A stretch of DNA of 6,982 nt from a virus (Duplodnaviria > Heunggongvirae > Uroviricota > Caudoviricetes): the IMG/VR virus record IMGVR_UViG_2706794688_000015. The stretch is one strand, 5' to 3'. How positions within the stretch are numbered: the stretch's first letter is position 1; every line of letters begins with the position of its first letter. Below are positions 6,467 to 6,982 of the stretch, one piece after another. The position numbers and the translations under genes were made by a program. The notes below the pieces were generated by a model. It saw only the letters and a list, made by a program, of their open reading frames with translations. It was not told where the DNA came from and made no database searches.

Positions 6467-6982
6467 TAAAACATTCCTCCACCATAAACACGTCTGACTT
6501 TAACTTTTTCTTTCTTTGGCTCGGTGTGAGTTTTCTTTTTTGGTGTAAAAGTAAAATCATCGTCACTATCATCAAAGTCATCGAGGTCACTAACCTTGTT
6601 CTTTAGCTTCGCATTTCTGAATCTTTCTTTAATTTCTGCTTTACGCTGTTCACGTTTCAATTCCTTTTCAGGGTCTTCTTCATCATCAAGGTCAACATCC
6701 GGTAATTCATCATCAGTGGCGGGGCACTGTGTGTTTTTATGGTCACTACTAGCAATCACATCAGAGATTTTATCTTCCTTTTTAACGACCTCTTTAGCAG
6801 CTTCACTATCAAGGTCATCTAAGTCAGATGTTTTAACAGTCTCTTTAATAGCCTCTTCAATACCAAGAGAATCACATTCATGTGAATCACAGAGCGAAGC
6901 TCCCTTCTTAAAATATTCTTCTTCAAAGTCATCTTCTTTATTGTTATTAATAAGTTCTTTCTTGTTATTACTGTTATTATAC
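6466..6982 (-). CDS. Acidic, low-complexity (Asp/Glu/Asn/Lys-rich) protein, 5'-partial: frame open to the window edge (at least 171 codons), basic C-terminal tail
   Basis: No stop between the window end and the TAA at 6468-6466 in this frame. The track's 97-aa version starts at an internal GTG (6759) with a poorly spaced SD. Contains DDFEEEY, DLDDLDSE, DVDLDDEEDPE, DLDDFDDSDDD and a C-terminal KKKTHTEPKKEKVKVRRV. Confidence 0.5.
   Translation of the reverse strand, partial: YNNSNNKKELINNNKEDDFEEEYFKKGASLCDSHECDSLGIEEAIKETVKTSDLDDLDSEAAKEVVKKEDKISDVIASSDHKNTQCPATDDELPDVDLDDEEDPEKELKREQRKAEIKERFRNAKLKNKVSDLDDFDDSDDDFTFTPKKKTHTEPKKEKVKVRRVYGGGMF

Overview
This 6,982-bp AT-rich window reads as part of a tailed-phage or prophage structural/accessory region, with nearly all genes on the minus strand and almost every start preceded by a strong Shine-Dalgarno. 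In minus-strand order: a 5'-truncated acidic low-complexity protein (6982..6466), a coupled 98-aa protein, a stop/start-coupled small-gene cassette (96, 73, 71 aa; then 101 aa plus a 25-aa hydrophobic micropeptide), a ~350-bp structured noncoding region, 236-aa and 68-aa hypotheticals, a 726-aa tape-measure-like protein (972..3152), a frame-disrupted tail-associated gene (815..71), and a 23-bp GATC-containing tandem repeat array cut by the window start. One small membrane-protein gene (5984..6160) sits on the plus strand behind a near-consensus sigma70-like promoter. The best candidate for an undescribed accessory system is the small-gene cluster at 4591..6466 (RHH-like regulator-led coupled operon plus the antisense membrane-protein moron). 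All product calls are from reading translated sequence by eye; no homology search or computation was run, so every function except the tape-measure call is a hypothesis.
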